From a virus (taxonomy: Duplodnaviria > Caudoviricetes): a stretch of 29,202 nucleotides of DNA. The position numbers and the translations under genes are program-made. This document shows, one piece after another, positions 8,970 to 18,065 of this stretch; position 1 is the stretch's first letter; each line of letters starts with the position of its first letter. Below the pieces are notes generated by a model, which saw nothing but the letters and a program-made list of their open reading frames with translations, ran no database searches and was not told the DNA's origin. The stretch is from positions 1 through 29,202 of the IMG/VR virus record IMGVR_UViG_3300025131_000288. One strand, given 5' to 3'.

Positions 8970-10385
8970 CTAATGAAAACCCATTTTCTCTTTTGGCTCA
9001 TATTCGGCTCCGCATCCAAAATCTTTGTCTTTTAATTCTTCAATTGCTTCTTCAAAATGCTTTTGTTTAACAATAGCTATATCATTTTTGTTCATGCTTT
9101 TGTCTTCTATTGCTAGTATAGCAGCATATTCTGAGATATGGAAAATGAATGCACCAGGCATGCCTTTTGTTTTTTTAACTATTGCTTTTATATCTACATC
9201 TTTATGAAGTTTGAAGCTTTTTGTGAATATTTCAATCATCTTTTCTCTTTCTTTTGCTGCGGGAACATCGACTTCTATAACTTTATCAAACCTTCCAGGT
9301 CTGTTTTTAATCGCTTTTTCGACTTTATCTATCATGTTAGTGGTCGCAATAGTAATAACATTTTTGAATTCTTCTTGCAGTCCGTCCATTCTATTCATAA
9401 GTTCAATACACAAATTGCCACCGTGACCGCTAAAATCTCTATCTTCTGCGATATAATCAATATCTTCAAGTATCAACAGAGTTGGTGATAGATCTTTTGC
9501 CATTTCGCATATTCTAGAGACATCGCAAATACGTCTTATGTCTGACGGAAGAACATATATAATGGTCATAGGCATTTCATTCGCTAGAACTTTACAGAGC
9601 ATTGTCTTGCCTGTCCCAGGAACTCCACATAATATTATGCCTCGTTTTATAGAAATCTTATTTTTGGCAAGAATGTCTCTGTTGCTATATAGGTTATGAA
9701 CATTTCTTTTTATGACTTTTTTGATTTTAGGTGCAATTATTATAGAATCCCAATTAGTCTTTTTATTTAGCTCTAAGAAATTGCAAAGGGGATTTATTTT
9801 TTGACCTTTATAGAAATTATTTTGCTTGCTATAACTTAACCATTTTTCCCAAAAATCTTTTGGACTTTTCAATGCAAAAATGCTATAGTTCTGCATCGAT
9901 CCGTCATAGTTCGGACTCGTGAACAACGCTATTCTTTCGTTTGTTTTTTTGTTCTCCATGAATATAAAGGCTTTTATATATATAGTAAAACTCTTGCCTG
10001 GTGAGCTATATGCGATACTCATTTTAGGTTCTACAATTGCCGAATATTTAGAGATGTAGAATTTATCAACTATCTTATAGTCATTATTTTTTAGGAAAGT
10101 TTTTAATTGATACTGCAATATGTTGTGTATGTAGAAACTAGAGTTCATGTCTACAGACTGATATTTTTTATTGTTGAAAAATTCTGCAAGTTTCAAGACT
10201 CCAAGATCTTCGTTTGAGAATATATCCGATATTTGTCCTAGATTTGATTCAAACAATTTAACGTCAGAATCCTTTCCTTTGGATATAGACAATTTCGAAC
10301 CAGATTCAGTTACTTGAGGTTCACAAGCATCTTGATCGTCGTATCCGTCATATCCATCAGCGTACCCTTCATTTATATCTGTCAT
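8970..10385 (-). CDS. AAA+ ATPase (classical AAA clade; FtsH/CDC48/PAN-like module)
   Basis: Walker A GVPGTGKT, Walker B LILEDID, second region of homology ATTN...NRPGRFD, C-terminal MGF. Confidence 0.9.
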   Translation of the reverse strand: MTDINEGYADGYDGYDDQDACEPQVTESGSKLSISKGKDSDVKLFESNLGQISDIFSNEDLGVLKLAEFFNNKKYQSVDMNSSFYIHNILQYQLKTFLKNNDYKIVDKFYISKYSAIVEPKMSIAYSSPGKSFTIYIKAFIFMENKKTNERIALFTSPNYDGSMQNYSIFALKSPKDFWEKWLSYSKQNNFYKGQKINPLCNFLELNKKTNWDSIIIAPKIKKVIKRNVHNLYSNRDILAKNKISIKRGIILCGVPGTGKTMLCKVLANEMPMTIIYVLPSDIRRICDVSRICEMAKDLSPTLLILEDIDYIAEDRDFSGHGGNLCIELMNRMDGLQEEFKNVITIATTNMIDKVEKAIKNRPGRFDKVIEVDVPAAKEREKMIEIFTKSFKLHKDVDIKAIVKKTKGMPGAFIFHISEYAAILAIEDKSMNKNDIAIVKQKHFEEAIEELKDKDFGCGAEYEPKEKMGFH

Positions 10386-10435
10386 TTTGTTTCCTTGTAT
10401 AGCGTTGAATTATTGCATTATAGCAGATGATGCAA

Positions 10436-11158
10436 TCACTTTTTTCTATTCTTTTTGGATTGGACATTTCTAGAGAATAATCTTTCTACAAAATATTCTC
10501 TAGTGTTTGCCGGATAATATGGTTTCAATTTTTTGACAACTTTGTCAAGAGGAAGACGATCTTTTAAGAACTTATTGTCAGAACAATTAATAATCATTCT
10601 ACCATTAGAACTTTTAGTTATCCATTTTAATCCTCTAGAACAGTTGGTTAATGTGTGTTTTTTGTGATGGGAATTATTCCCATAAAAGTCTGTTATACCA
10701 TCTCTATTTTGACAGTCGAACCCTATCAAAACGATGGGATCGCAACCCAGAGCGTGAGCAAATTGGTATGCTAGTGGTCCAGTACTACCCTTCCCAAAAA
10801 GAACCATTGGGTTAGGAGGAATACGAAACGGTCCTGGCATGAGTTTAAATTGATATGCGATCCCTCGTGGATCAGAAGCATTTCTACTATATTTAACGGC
10901 TTTCAATTTAGGTAAAATCGCTCTTTCTGTCAACCATAATTCTACGTCTTGCCACATTAATACAGTAGGGTCTATAACTTTAAACGCTCTATTAATACCT
11001 ATCGTGAAAGTACCTTTCAATAAAGATGCGACATCATAGTCATTAACTGACGGACCATTTCCTATAATAAAACCAGGTAGTCCTCGCATTGTACTTTTCC
11101 AACGTCTGACTGTCAGTCTCGATTTTTTAGATACATGTACCACTTTTTTATTTATCAT
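10436..11158 (-). CDS. MptE-like/DUF115 protein (sialyltransferase-like fold)
   Basis: IIGNGPS, IGINR, GSTG, LGCDPIVLIGFD; ATG at 11158 preferred to 11224 because it avoids overlap with the upstream gene. Confidence 0.65.
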   Translation of the reverse strand: MINKKVVHVSKKSRLTVRRWKSTMRGLPGFIIGNGPSVNDYDVASLLKGTFTIGINRAFKVIDPTVLMWQDVELWLTERAILPKLKAVKYSRNASDPRGIAYQFKLMPGPFRIPPNPMVLFGKGSTGPLAYQFAHALGCDPIVLIGFDCQNRDGITDFYGNNSHHKKHTLTNCSRGLKWITKSSNGRMIINCSDNKFLKDRLPLDKVVKKLKPYYPANTREYFVERLFSRNVQSKKNRKK

Positions 11159-11181
11159 TTTTCTCTTTAGGGGGTTTTCTT

Positions 11182-11835
11182 CTATGGTTCTAACTCTACG
11201 TCCCAATAACCAAATTCGTTCCACTGGTCAGTACGAACGAAATATTTCCATTCTTTTGGAAGTTTTTGACCAAAGGTATATAAGGGATTCCAATGAGGTT
11301 CTCTGGGAGTACTAAGCAACTTAAGCCCTGCTTCTTCAGGAGTTCTTCCTCCTTTTTCAACATTAACTTCAAAAGTCGAGATAACGACATTATCCCATGT
11401 AGTTAATCCACCGCGACATTTTGGCATAATGTGATCTATTGTTCCAGTTCTAGAAGTTACTTTTTTGGCGGTATATTGACATCTGTATCCATCTCTAATT
11501 AAAAGATTTCGTCTTGTAAGTCTAACTCTAGTGTGGGGAATTTTATTGTATTTTTGAAGGACAACAATTCTTGGAAGTCTAACTTTAAATCTATTAACGT
11601 TAAGCCATTGATAATCTCCGTAAATAGATTCATCATCCTCAATGGGAATTGAAAAGAGGTCGGACCAATCGCTCCATGTCAAATGTTGAAACGTTTCGTT
11701 ATCTACGTATTTTGCACGAAAAGAAAATACTTTATTTAATGTTTTATACAGAGGTGTAAAACCAATAGCATCTAAGCTTTTGTTTAGAACAAGCGTAGGA
11801 CTATTTATTATATTATTATTGGTTTGTGTTGTCAT
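11182..11835 (-). CDS. HNH endonuclease (McrA/HNH_5-like)
   Basis: TLVLN...TRRNLLIRDGYRCQY...TIDHIMPKCRGG..TWDNVV...N..KG.RTPEEAG; three of the four usual Zn-binding cysteines appear replaced. Confidence 0.85.
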   Translation of the reverse strand: MTTQTNNNIINSPTLVLNKSLDAIGFTPLYKTLNKVFSFRAKYVDNETFQHLTWSDWSDLFSIPIEDDESIYGDYQWLNVNRFKVRLPRIVVLQKYNKIPHTRVRLTRRNLLIRDGYRCQYTAKKVTSRTGTIDHIMPKCRGGLTTWDNVVISTFEVNVEKGGRTPEEAGLKLLSTPREPHWNPLYTFGQKLPKEWKYFVRTDQWNEFGYWDVELEP

Positions 11836-12335
11836 TTCTCTAGAATACTGTTAACCTTATTTATGAAGTTTTCATTTTTGTCTACAAAGTATATTTCAAG
11901 TATGTTATCGTATTCTTTAGCATGTTTTACCATTATGTTTGCAACCAAAGAATATTCTAAAGATCCTACTCCAGTTCCCAACGCTGTCATAGCCACAGAT
12001 TTTATATCATCTAATAATAATCGCTCAAACACGCTTTTTATCGCTTTCGAAATTATATTTAGACTTGTATATCCACCAGGATATCTCATGGTTACGGCAT
12101 GATAAATATATTTTACACTATTTGTAGACAGATCGCCGGGTCCAGTCACGTAACATTCGCCAGCTTCTTTATTCTTATTTTTGCATATCCTTCTCGCTTC
12201 ATTTTGTATTTCTATACCACCAGCACGCCGAATAGATCCTGCAACTCCTCCCCCCATAACACCAATGCCATTAGCAGCATTGACTATTACGTCTGTATGT
12301 ACGTCAACTATGTCTCCCACAAAAGCATTTATCAT
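11832..12335 (-). CDS. Macrodomain protein (ADP-ribose binding/hydrolase)
   Basis: GDI, DVIVNAAN, GGGVAGSI, IYHAV, ALGTGVG. Confidence 0.93.
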   Translation of the reverse strand: MINAFVGDIVDVHTDVIVNAANGIGVMGGGVAGSIRRAGGIEIQNEARRICKNKNKEAGECYVTGPGDLSTNSVKYIYHAVTMRYPGGYTSLNIISKAIKSVFERLLLDDIKSVAMTALGTGVGSLEYSLVANIMVKHAKEYDNILEIYFVDKNENFINKVNSILEK

Positions 12336-12344
12336 TTTTATATC

Positions 12345-13169
12345 CTAGAACAAAGGATTACTATTTTTACATTTTTCTATTATATCAAGAATATTATCAC
12401 TAAAATAATTTGGATTGATTTTTATTCTAGTTTTTAGTCTTTTCAAAACGCTTTGATGGATCTGACTAATTCTTGATTCAGAGATTTTGAGTTGTTTGGC
12501 TATTTCTTTCATAGTCAATTCTTCGTAGTAATATAAGTAGACAATGTTTTTTTCTAGTTTTGTAAATCTTCTGCCAATAAGTTTATTCAAGAATTCCATC
12601 CTCACTATCCTACTATCAGGCGATGAGTTTTTATGAGATTCAAGATATTCGTTGAAGTCTTTTTTGTTGTCATTATTATCTATATCTGGGTTGGAGCATG
12701 ACTCTATGCTAAAGATCGATCTCGCACGAAATTTTTCAGGATGCTTGTTGTAGTCTAATTCGTTAATACCCAATTCTTTTAACGCATCTGACCTACTCGC
12801 TTTTTCACCACTAGCATTTTGAAGTTTATCTTGCTCTTTTTGTATTGAATTTTCTCTGATTCTTACACTTCTAGGAACCCAATCTTCTTTTCTCAGTCCA
12901 TCTAACATCGCTCCCCTTATCCTAATGTAAGCATATGTCTCAAATTTATTGCCTCGCGTGACATCAAAGTTTTCTATAGCTTTATACAATCCATCGACTC
13001 CATGAGATGCTAATTCTGGTTGAGAAACATGACCGTTCAACTTTCTAGATAATGTTGTTGCAATCTTGTTTACGAATGTGAAATAATGTTCAACTAACTT
13101 GTTTTTACTTTTATCGTCTCTATCTTTTAAATATACGTCCCAAACATCAAAAATATTTTCAACTTTCAT
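12345..13169 (-). CDS. fliA: FliA/WhiG-family RNA polymerase sigma factor
   Basis: KFETYAYIRIRGAMLDGLRKEDWVPRSVR (region 2) and LYYYEELTMKEIA..L.ISESRISQIH (region 4); AGGAGA RBS before ATG 13169. Confidence 0.92.
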   Translation of the reverse strand: MKVENIFDVWDVYLKDRDDKSKNKLVEHYFTFVNKIATTLSRKLNGHVSQPELASHGVDGLYKAIENFDVTRGNKFETYAYIRIRGAMLDGLRKEDWVPRSVRIRENSIQKEQDKLQNASGEKASRSDALKELGINELDYNKHPEKFRARSIFSIESCSNPDIDNNDNKKDFNEYLESHKNSSPDSRIVRMEFLNKLIGRRFTKLEKNIVYLYYYEELTMKEIAKQLKISESRISQIHQSVLKRLKTRIKINPNYFSDNILDIIEKCKNSNPLF

Positions 13170-13348
13170 ACGGTCTCCTATTATAAGGTTAATATTATAG
13201 TGCGACAGGAATTGCATCAAATTAAGAGTTCATCAAATTTACTACACTATAATATACGACAAATTGTATACACATATTTAAAAAAAATGCAAAAAACTTC
13301 CAAGATGTGACTCAAAAAGAGATATAATAACAAATCAATCATAAACAG

Positions 13349-13445
13349 AAATCGGGAAAAAGATTACATTTCCCGATTTTGTCAAAAAGTTTATGCTTAA
13401 AATCATAAAAATAGAGATTATCGGGAAATGAGTAAATTTCCCGAT
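13349..13445. repeat. Two near-identical palindromes TCGGGAAA-N8/9-TTTCCCGA upstream of pncB
   Basis: At 13349-13379 and 13420-13445, each followed by a T tract on the + strand. Confidence 0.8.
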
Positions 13446-13496
13446 TTTTATTTTAATTACAATAGGAGCGAGACGTAACAATAGAAAGGATGAAAA

Positions 13497-14663
13497 ATGG
13501 CTAGAATAACATCAAAATTAGATAATGATCTTTACAAGATTACAATGGGTGCTGCTGTAGTCAAATTATACCCAAATGCTAATGTAAAGTATTCTCTCTT
13601 CAATCGAGGCGGGACTGTCTTCCCAGAAGGATTCGCAAAAAAACTCAGAGAAGCAGTAGATGAAATGGCATATCTCCCTGATTTGAATGCCTCTCAAATA
13701 GCATGGTTAAAAATCAATTGCCCATTTCTTTCTAACCCTTATATAGATTTTTTCGTAAAATATAAATATAATCCAGAAGAAGTAGTAATATGGCAAAATG
13801 ATGCTGGAGAACTTAGCGTCATCATAGAAGGTCCATGGTACAGCACAATCTATTGGGAAGTTCCTCTTATGTCTCTCATTAGCGAGTTATATTTCGAAAT
13901 GACAGGACAAAAGCCCAATGACAACTATGAAGAAATCGCCAGAAAGAAAGGCAAAAGACTTGAAGAAATGGGAGCGTACTTCGCTGATTTCGGTAGTCGT
14001 AGACGCTTTTCTCTCAGAGTCCACGATTATGTCGTTAACGAATTGAAAACATCGAAAACTTTCATTGGAACAAGTAACGTTCTTTTGGCATACCTCTACG
14101 GAGTTAAGCCCATTGGGACAGAAGCTCACGAATGGATTATGTTCCACGCCGCTAAATACGGATACAGAATGGCTAACTCAATCGCTCTTGGACGATGGGT
14201 TGATGTCTATCACGGCGATCTTGGTATTGCATTGACAGATACATTCACAACCGATGACTTCTTCAAATCGTTTGACATGATGTATGCTAAACTATTCGAT
14301 GGAGTAAGACATGATTCCGATGATGCTATAGTTTTCGCAAATAAAACTATCGCTCACTACAAAAGACTTGGAATCGATCCGTTGTCGAAAACTATCATCT
14401 TCTCCGATGGACTAAACGTCGATGAAGTAAAAAGGATTCATGAATTCTGCAAAGGAAAGATTAAAGACGGTTACGGCATCGGAACACATTTTTCCAACGA
14501 TGTTGGAGTAAAGCCTCTTAACATAGTTATTAAAATGATAGCGGCTCAACCTAACGGTCAAGAACCTTGGGTTAATACATGCAAGCTTTCTGATGTTAGA
14601 GGAAAACATACAGGAGCAATCGAAGCAATCGAACTTTGCAAAACTACATTAGGAATTAAATAA
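13497..14663 (+). CDS. pncB: Nicotinate phosphoribosyltransferase
   Basis: LDNDLYKITM, ADFGSRRRFS, GTSNV, GTEAHEW, ALTDT, GVRHDS, IFSDGL, GIGT, NIVIK, KLSD..GK. Confidence 0.95.
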   Translation: MARITSKLDNDLYKITMGAAVVKLYPNANVKYSLFNRGGTVFPEGFAKKLREAVDEMAYLPDLNASQIAWLKINCPFLSNPYIDFFVKYKYNPEEVVIWQNDAGELSVIIEGPWYSTIYWEVPLMSLISELYFEMTGQKPNDNYEEIARKKGKRLEEMGAYFADFGSRRRFSLRVHDYVVNELKTSKTFIGTSNVLLAYLYGVKPIGTEAHEWIMFHAAKYGYRMANSIALGRWVDVYHGDLGIALTDTFTTDDFFKSFDMMYAKLFDGVRHDSDDAIVFANKTIAHYKRLGIDPLSKTIIFSDGLNVDEVKRIHEFCKGKIKDGYGIGTHFSNDVGVKPLNIVIKMIAAQPNGQEPWVNTCKLSDVRGKHTGAIEAIELCKTTLGIK

Positions 14664-16384
14664 TGAAAATAGTAATCGCACAAACCAATACTACGCCTTT
14701 GGATTTTCAAAGCAATACAGACCAAATTAAACTTGCAATGGAAACGGCTCGTGCTGATACGACTATCAGTTTGGTCGTAACGCCTGAACTTTCAATTCCA
14801 GGATACCTTGTAAAAGATCTAATGTACAACCACGATTTTGTTGAACAGAATTTAAGATGGTTACAAGAGATCGTTACGTTCTCGGCTGGAAGTCAATACT
14901 CTACCGTTGTTGGATACATCGACAAGAATTATAATGGTCGAGGTAAACCTTTCCGTAACATGCTTGCAGTTATAAAAAACGGGACAGTTGTAGCTCGATA
15001 CCAAAAACAACTGTTACCGTTCTACGATGTGTTTGACGAAGGGCGATATTTCGAACCTGGCAATAAATTAGCGGTTGTCGAAATAGACGGAGAAAAATGG
15101 GGATTAGCAATATGCGAAGATATTTGGAACGATAAAGATACCGACGATTATAACTATAAAACTAATCCTCTCGCTCAATATCGTGAAATGGGCATTCATA
15201 ACATTATTAGCATCAATAGCTCTCCGTATGTTATGGGAAAGCCTGCCGAACGAATTAAAACGTTAAGAGAAAGTTTTGCGAAAGGGACTTTGATCTATGT
15301 CAACCAAATTGGCGGTCAAGACGATCTAGTTTTTGATGGTCACAGTCTTATCGTAGAAACTGGTAGAGTTACGTATAAGGCAGAAAGAACTATCAAATCT
15401 ACGTCCCATGTCTGTACGACAGGTAACGAACACTATATAGATGTAGACGTAATGGAGAAGGTAAAGGGAAGCGAAGAAGATCCGATTGGATTACTTTGGG
15501 ATATGCTCATTCTCGGATTGAGAGATTATATCAAAAAGAGCGGATTCAACTCTGTCGTTTTCGGAAGCTCTGGCGGAATCGATTCAGCCGTAATTGCAGC
15601 ATTAGCTTGCGATGCTATCGGAGCAGAAAATGTTTACGGAATAAGAATGCCAAGCATCCACAGTAGCGATCACTCCTTAGACGATGCAAAAAAATTGCAA
15701 AAGAATCTTCAATTCAACGATTCTCTTCTTCCAATCAAACATATAGAATTGTTGAGCGAATACAATAAAGTCTTTGCCAAGATCAAAGACGATAAAGGCT
15801 ATAAAGGCTATAATGATGTAGCAGACCAAAATATGCAAGCTAGAATTCGCGGAGCAGCCGTAATGCATGCTTCTAACGCTTTTGGTATGCTTCCTCTCAG
15901 TACAGGCAATAAATCTGAATTGTCAGTCGGCTACTGCACAATCTATGGAGATATGTGCGGAGGATTCGCTCCTATCAATGATGTTTACAAAACCATCGTT
16001 TATGCTTTAGCTGAATACTTCAATAAGAAAAATAAGAAAGAGTTAATCCCTGTTAACATCATAAGGAAACCGCCAAGTGCAGAACTTGCTCCTGATCAAA
16101 AAGATGATGACAATTTATTGCCATACGAAATCTTAGATCCGATTCTTTATGCATACATCGAATGTTATATCGGCGATTTCTATGAATTCATAAGTACTGA
16201 TGACCTCCCAGAAGAAGTAAAAGTCTGGGCTGTAACGCCAAACGCAAAAGCTCAATACGATAGAATGATATCGTTGGTTGATCGTACAGAATTCAAACGC
16301 CGACAAGCCGCTCCCGGTATCAAAGTATCAAAAGTTTCGTTCGGTACATCGAGAAGAGTTCCAATAGTTTTTAAGAAACGTTAA
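14663..16384 (+). CDS. nadE: Glutamine-dependent NAD+ synthetase
   Basis: Nitrilase domain with intact E/K/C triad (TPEL, YQKQLLP, ICED); synthetase motifs SGGIDS, QARIR, TGNKSE, PPSAEL, EFKRRQ. Confidence 0.95.
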   Translation: MKIVIAQTNTTPLDFQSNTDQIKLAMETARADTTISLVVTPELSIPGYLVKDLMYNHDFVEQNLRWLQEIVTFSAGSQYSTVVGYIDKNYNGRGKPFRNMLAVIKNGTVVARYQKQLLPFYDVFDEGRYFEPGNKLAVVEIDGEKWGLAICEDIWNDKDTDDYNYKTNPLAQYREMGIHNIISINSSPYVMGKPAERIKTLRESFAKGTLIYVNQIGGQDDLVFDGHSLIVETGRVTYKAERTIKSTSHVCTTGNEHYIDVDVMEKVKGSEEDPIGLLWDMLILGLRDYIKKSGFNSVVFGSSGGIDSAVIAALACDAIGAENVYGIRMPSIHSSDHSLDDAKKLQKNLQFNDSLLPIKHIELLSEYNKVFAKIKDDKGYKGYNDVADQNMQARIRGAAVMHASNAFGMLPLSTGNKSELSVGYCTIYGDMCGGFAPINDVYKTIVYALAEYFNKKNKKELIPVNIIRKPPSAELAPDQKDDDNLLPYEILDPILYAYIECYIGDFYEFISTDDLPEEVKVWAVTPNAKAQYDRMISLVDRTEFKRRQAAPGIKVSKVSFGTSRRVPIVFKKR

Positions 16385-16525
16385 AGGAATGTTTACGATA
16401 ACAATGTAATATTATAGAAGTGTCCGACCATTACTTCGAGATACTACTATAAAATTGTTAGGGATAATTCCTGTTTCTGAGTAATGGCTGAAACGGGTTT
16501 TATCCCTATTTTATTTGGAGCAACA

Positions 16526-16870
16526 ATGCGGATAGATCCTAATGATATAATAAATAAAAAATACAATATGTTAACTGTGAAAAAGTATGATGGATTTATG
16601 CTCTTGGAACCAAAAGGAAAAGGCATTTTTATATTTGCGAATGTAAATGCGGAGGAATCAAATTTGCCTATTTTTTTACCAAAAGGCGGTAATGATTGGG
16701 ATCATGAGAATACTGCATCTTTAGATAGAATCGATAGTAGTAAAGGATATGTAAAAGACAATGTTCAGTGGGTTCACAAAGATATTAATCGTATGAAATG
16801 GAATTTTCCTCAAGATAAATTTGTTAAATTATGTTCTTTTGTGGCAAATAAAATAATGGATGAGAAATAA
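16526..16870 (+). pseudogene. Decayed HNH endonuclease, same family as 4133-4867
   Basis: GGAG RBS and ATG at 16526; the HFYICECKCGG motif lies in a shifted frame; the central part is missing; C-terminus TASLDRIDSSKGYVKDNVQWVHKDINRMK closely matches the 4133-4867 protein. Confidence 0.8.
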
Positions 16871-16928
16871 AGTCGCATTTGGTACCGGCAGAAGGATGCC
16901 CATTGTTAAAAACTCAAATAAAGGATAA
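16869..16928 (+). pseudogene. Orphan alternative 3' end of nadE (KVAFGTGRRMPIVKNSNKG*)
   Basis: Parallels the functional NadE end KVSFGTSRRVPIVFKKR* (16331-16384); its stop lies 1 nt before the NUDIX ATG. Confidence 0.85.
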
Positions 16929-16929
16929 A

Positions 16930-17487
16930 ATGAAAACAACTAAACGAGAAGTAATCACAGAACGTCCGTTCTTGAACCTTATGGAAGCAACATATGAACA
17001 TGAAGGCAAAGAAGGAAAGTGGACCTATGTGAGCAGATCAACTACAGAACCTGAAGGATGCGATGCCGTTATGATCGTTGGTTTGATGAGAGATCCTCAT
17101 AGATTAGTTCTAATCAAACAATATAGAGTTCCTGTTGGCGATTATATTCTAGAATTCCCTGCTGGACTTATAGATGAAGGAGAGACAGTAGAAGATACAG
17201 CTAAAAGAGAATTCGAAGAAGAAACAGGCATGAAGGTAAAAAAGATTCTGACCGTTAGCCCTCCAACATACAATTCAGCAGGACTCACAGACGAAACAGT
17301 GGCTATGGTTTTTGCAGAAGTCGAGGGAGAACCTTCTACCGAAAAAAATGAATCTGCTGAAGATATAGAAATACTTGTTTTAAATACTAAACAAGTGGCT
17401 GATTTAATAGATGATGAAACGGTTAAATGGTCTGCTAAAGGTTGGCTTTATAGCGGTATGTTTGTAAGAATAATGTCTAATTTTTGA
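16930..17487 (+). CDS. NUDIX hydrolase, ADP-ribose pyrophosphatase-like
   Basis: Nudix box GLIDEGETVEDTAKREFEEETG, preceded by KQYRVP...LEFPA; AAGGA RBS supports ATG 16930. Confidence 0.88.
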   Translation: MKTTKREVITERPFLNLMEATYEHEGKEGKWTYVSRSTTEPEGCDAVMIVGLMRDPHRLVLIKQYRVPVGDYILEFPAGLIDEGETVEDTAKREFEEETGMKVKKILTVSPPTYNSAGLTDETVAMVFAEVEGEPSTEKNESAEDIEILVLNTKQVADLIDDETVKWSAKGWLYSGMFVRIMSNF

Positions 17488-18019
17488 AAAACGTAAATTT
17501 AACGATTAAACCTACTCCCAAAAGACCAAAGATCAAACCTAACCAAAACTTCGGACTTTCCCAAATATTGTTATATGGAGTCGGTTCAAAAGGAATGTCT
17601 ATAGGAACAATGTTTTCAATAGGACTAGTGACTAAATCGTTTATTTTGTCAGAACTGTCGCCAATAGTCTTTAAATAAGGCTCTATAGAAGGCTTTGTGG
17701 TTGGTTCTGTGGTCTTTGCTATAGTTTTTATGGCATTGACCCCATTTTTTATCTTATTGCTCTCAGCGACGATATTTTCAAGAACTTTTTGCTTCTGCTT
17801 TGCTACCCTCTCAAGGCTGTCTATCTTTTCTGTTTTATTACGATTGTCTACCACAAGGTTTTCAATAGTTATCGGCTCTTCAAAAATAGGCTCACCTATA
17901 TCTTCTACTGGTGTTGCTTGAGGAGTAATCGAGCTATCTGGCGTATCGTTGAAGTAAAACTCGTAACATCCAGAACAAAGGACTAAAGCGATTATCAATG
18001 TTAGTGCTATTTTTTTCAT
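17477..18019 (-). CDS. Lipoprotein with C-terminal transmembrane helix (u-spanin-like topology)
   Basis: MKKIALTLIIALVLCSG|C lipobox; C-terminal FWLGLIFGLLGVGLIVKF. Confidence 0.6.
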   Translation of the reverse strand: MKKIALTLIIALVLCSGCYEFYFNDTPDSSITPQATPVEDIGEPIFEEPITIENLVVDNRNKTEKIDSLERVAKQKQKVLENIVAESNKIKNGVNAIKTIAKTTEPTTKPSIEPYLKTIGDSSDKINDLVTSPIENIVPIDIPFEPTPYNNIWESPKFWLGLIFGLLGVGLIVKFTFFKN

Positions 18020-18023
18020 TTTA

Positions 18024-18049
18024 AAGGATATCTCCGTTATATACCGAAT
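18024..18049 (+). promoter_or_regulatory. Putative phage-sigma promoter AAGGA-N15-CCGAAT
   Basis: Repeated motif; lies immediately upstream of the lysozyme-like gene. Confidence 0.6.
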
Positions 18050-18065
18050 ATATATTATCGGCATA

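Noticed and set aside
13306-13328. NrtR-like operator upstream of pncB (CTC-AAAAA-GAG)
   Set aside because: Lacks the GT-N7-AC core, and the NUDIX gene has no wHTH domain; too weak to call.
16477-16497. Hammerhead ribozyme (CTGAGTA...GAAA)
   Set aside because: The core deviates from CUGANGA and no stem II can form.
16484-16929. ORF-track starts at 16484 and 16879
   Set aside because: 16484 lies inside a hairpin and 16879 inside the orphan nadE end; RBS-supported starts are 16526 and 16930.
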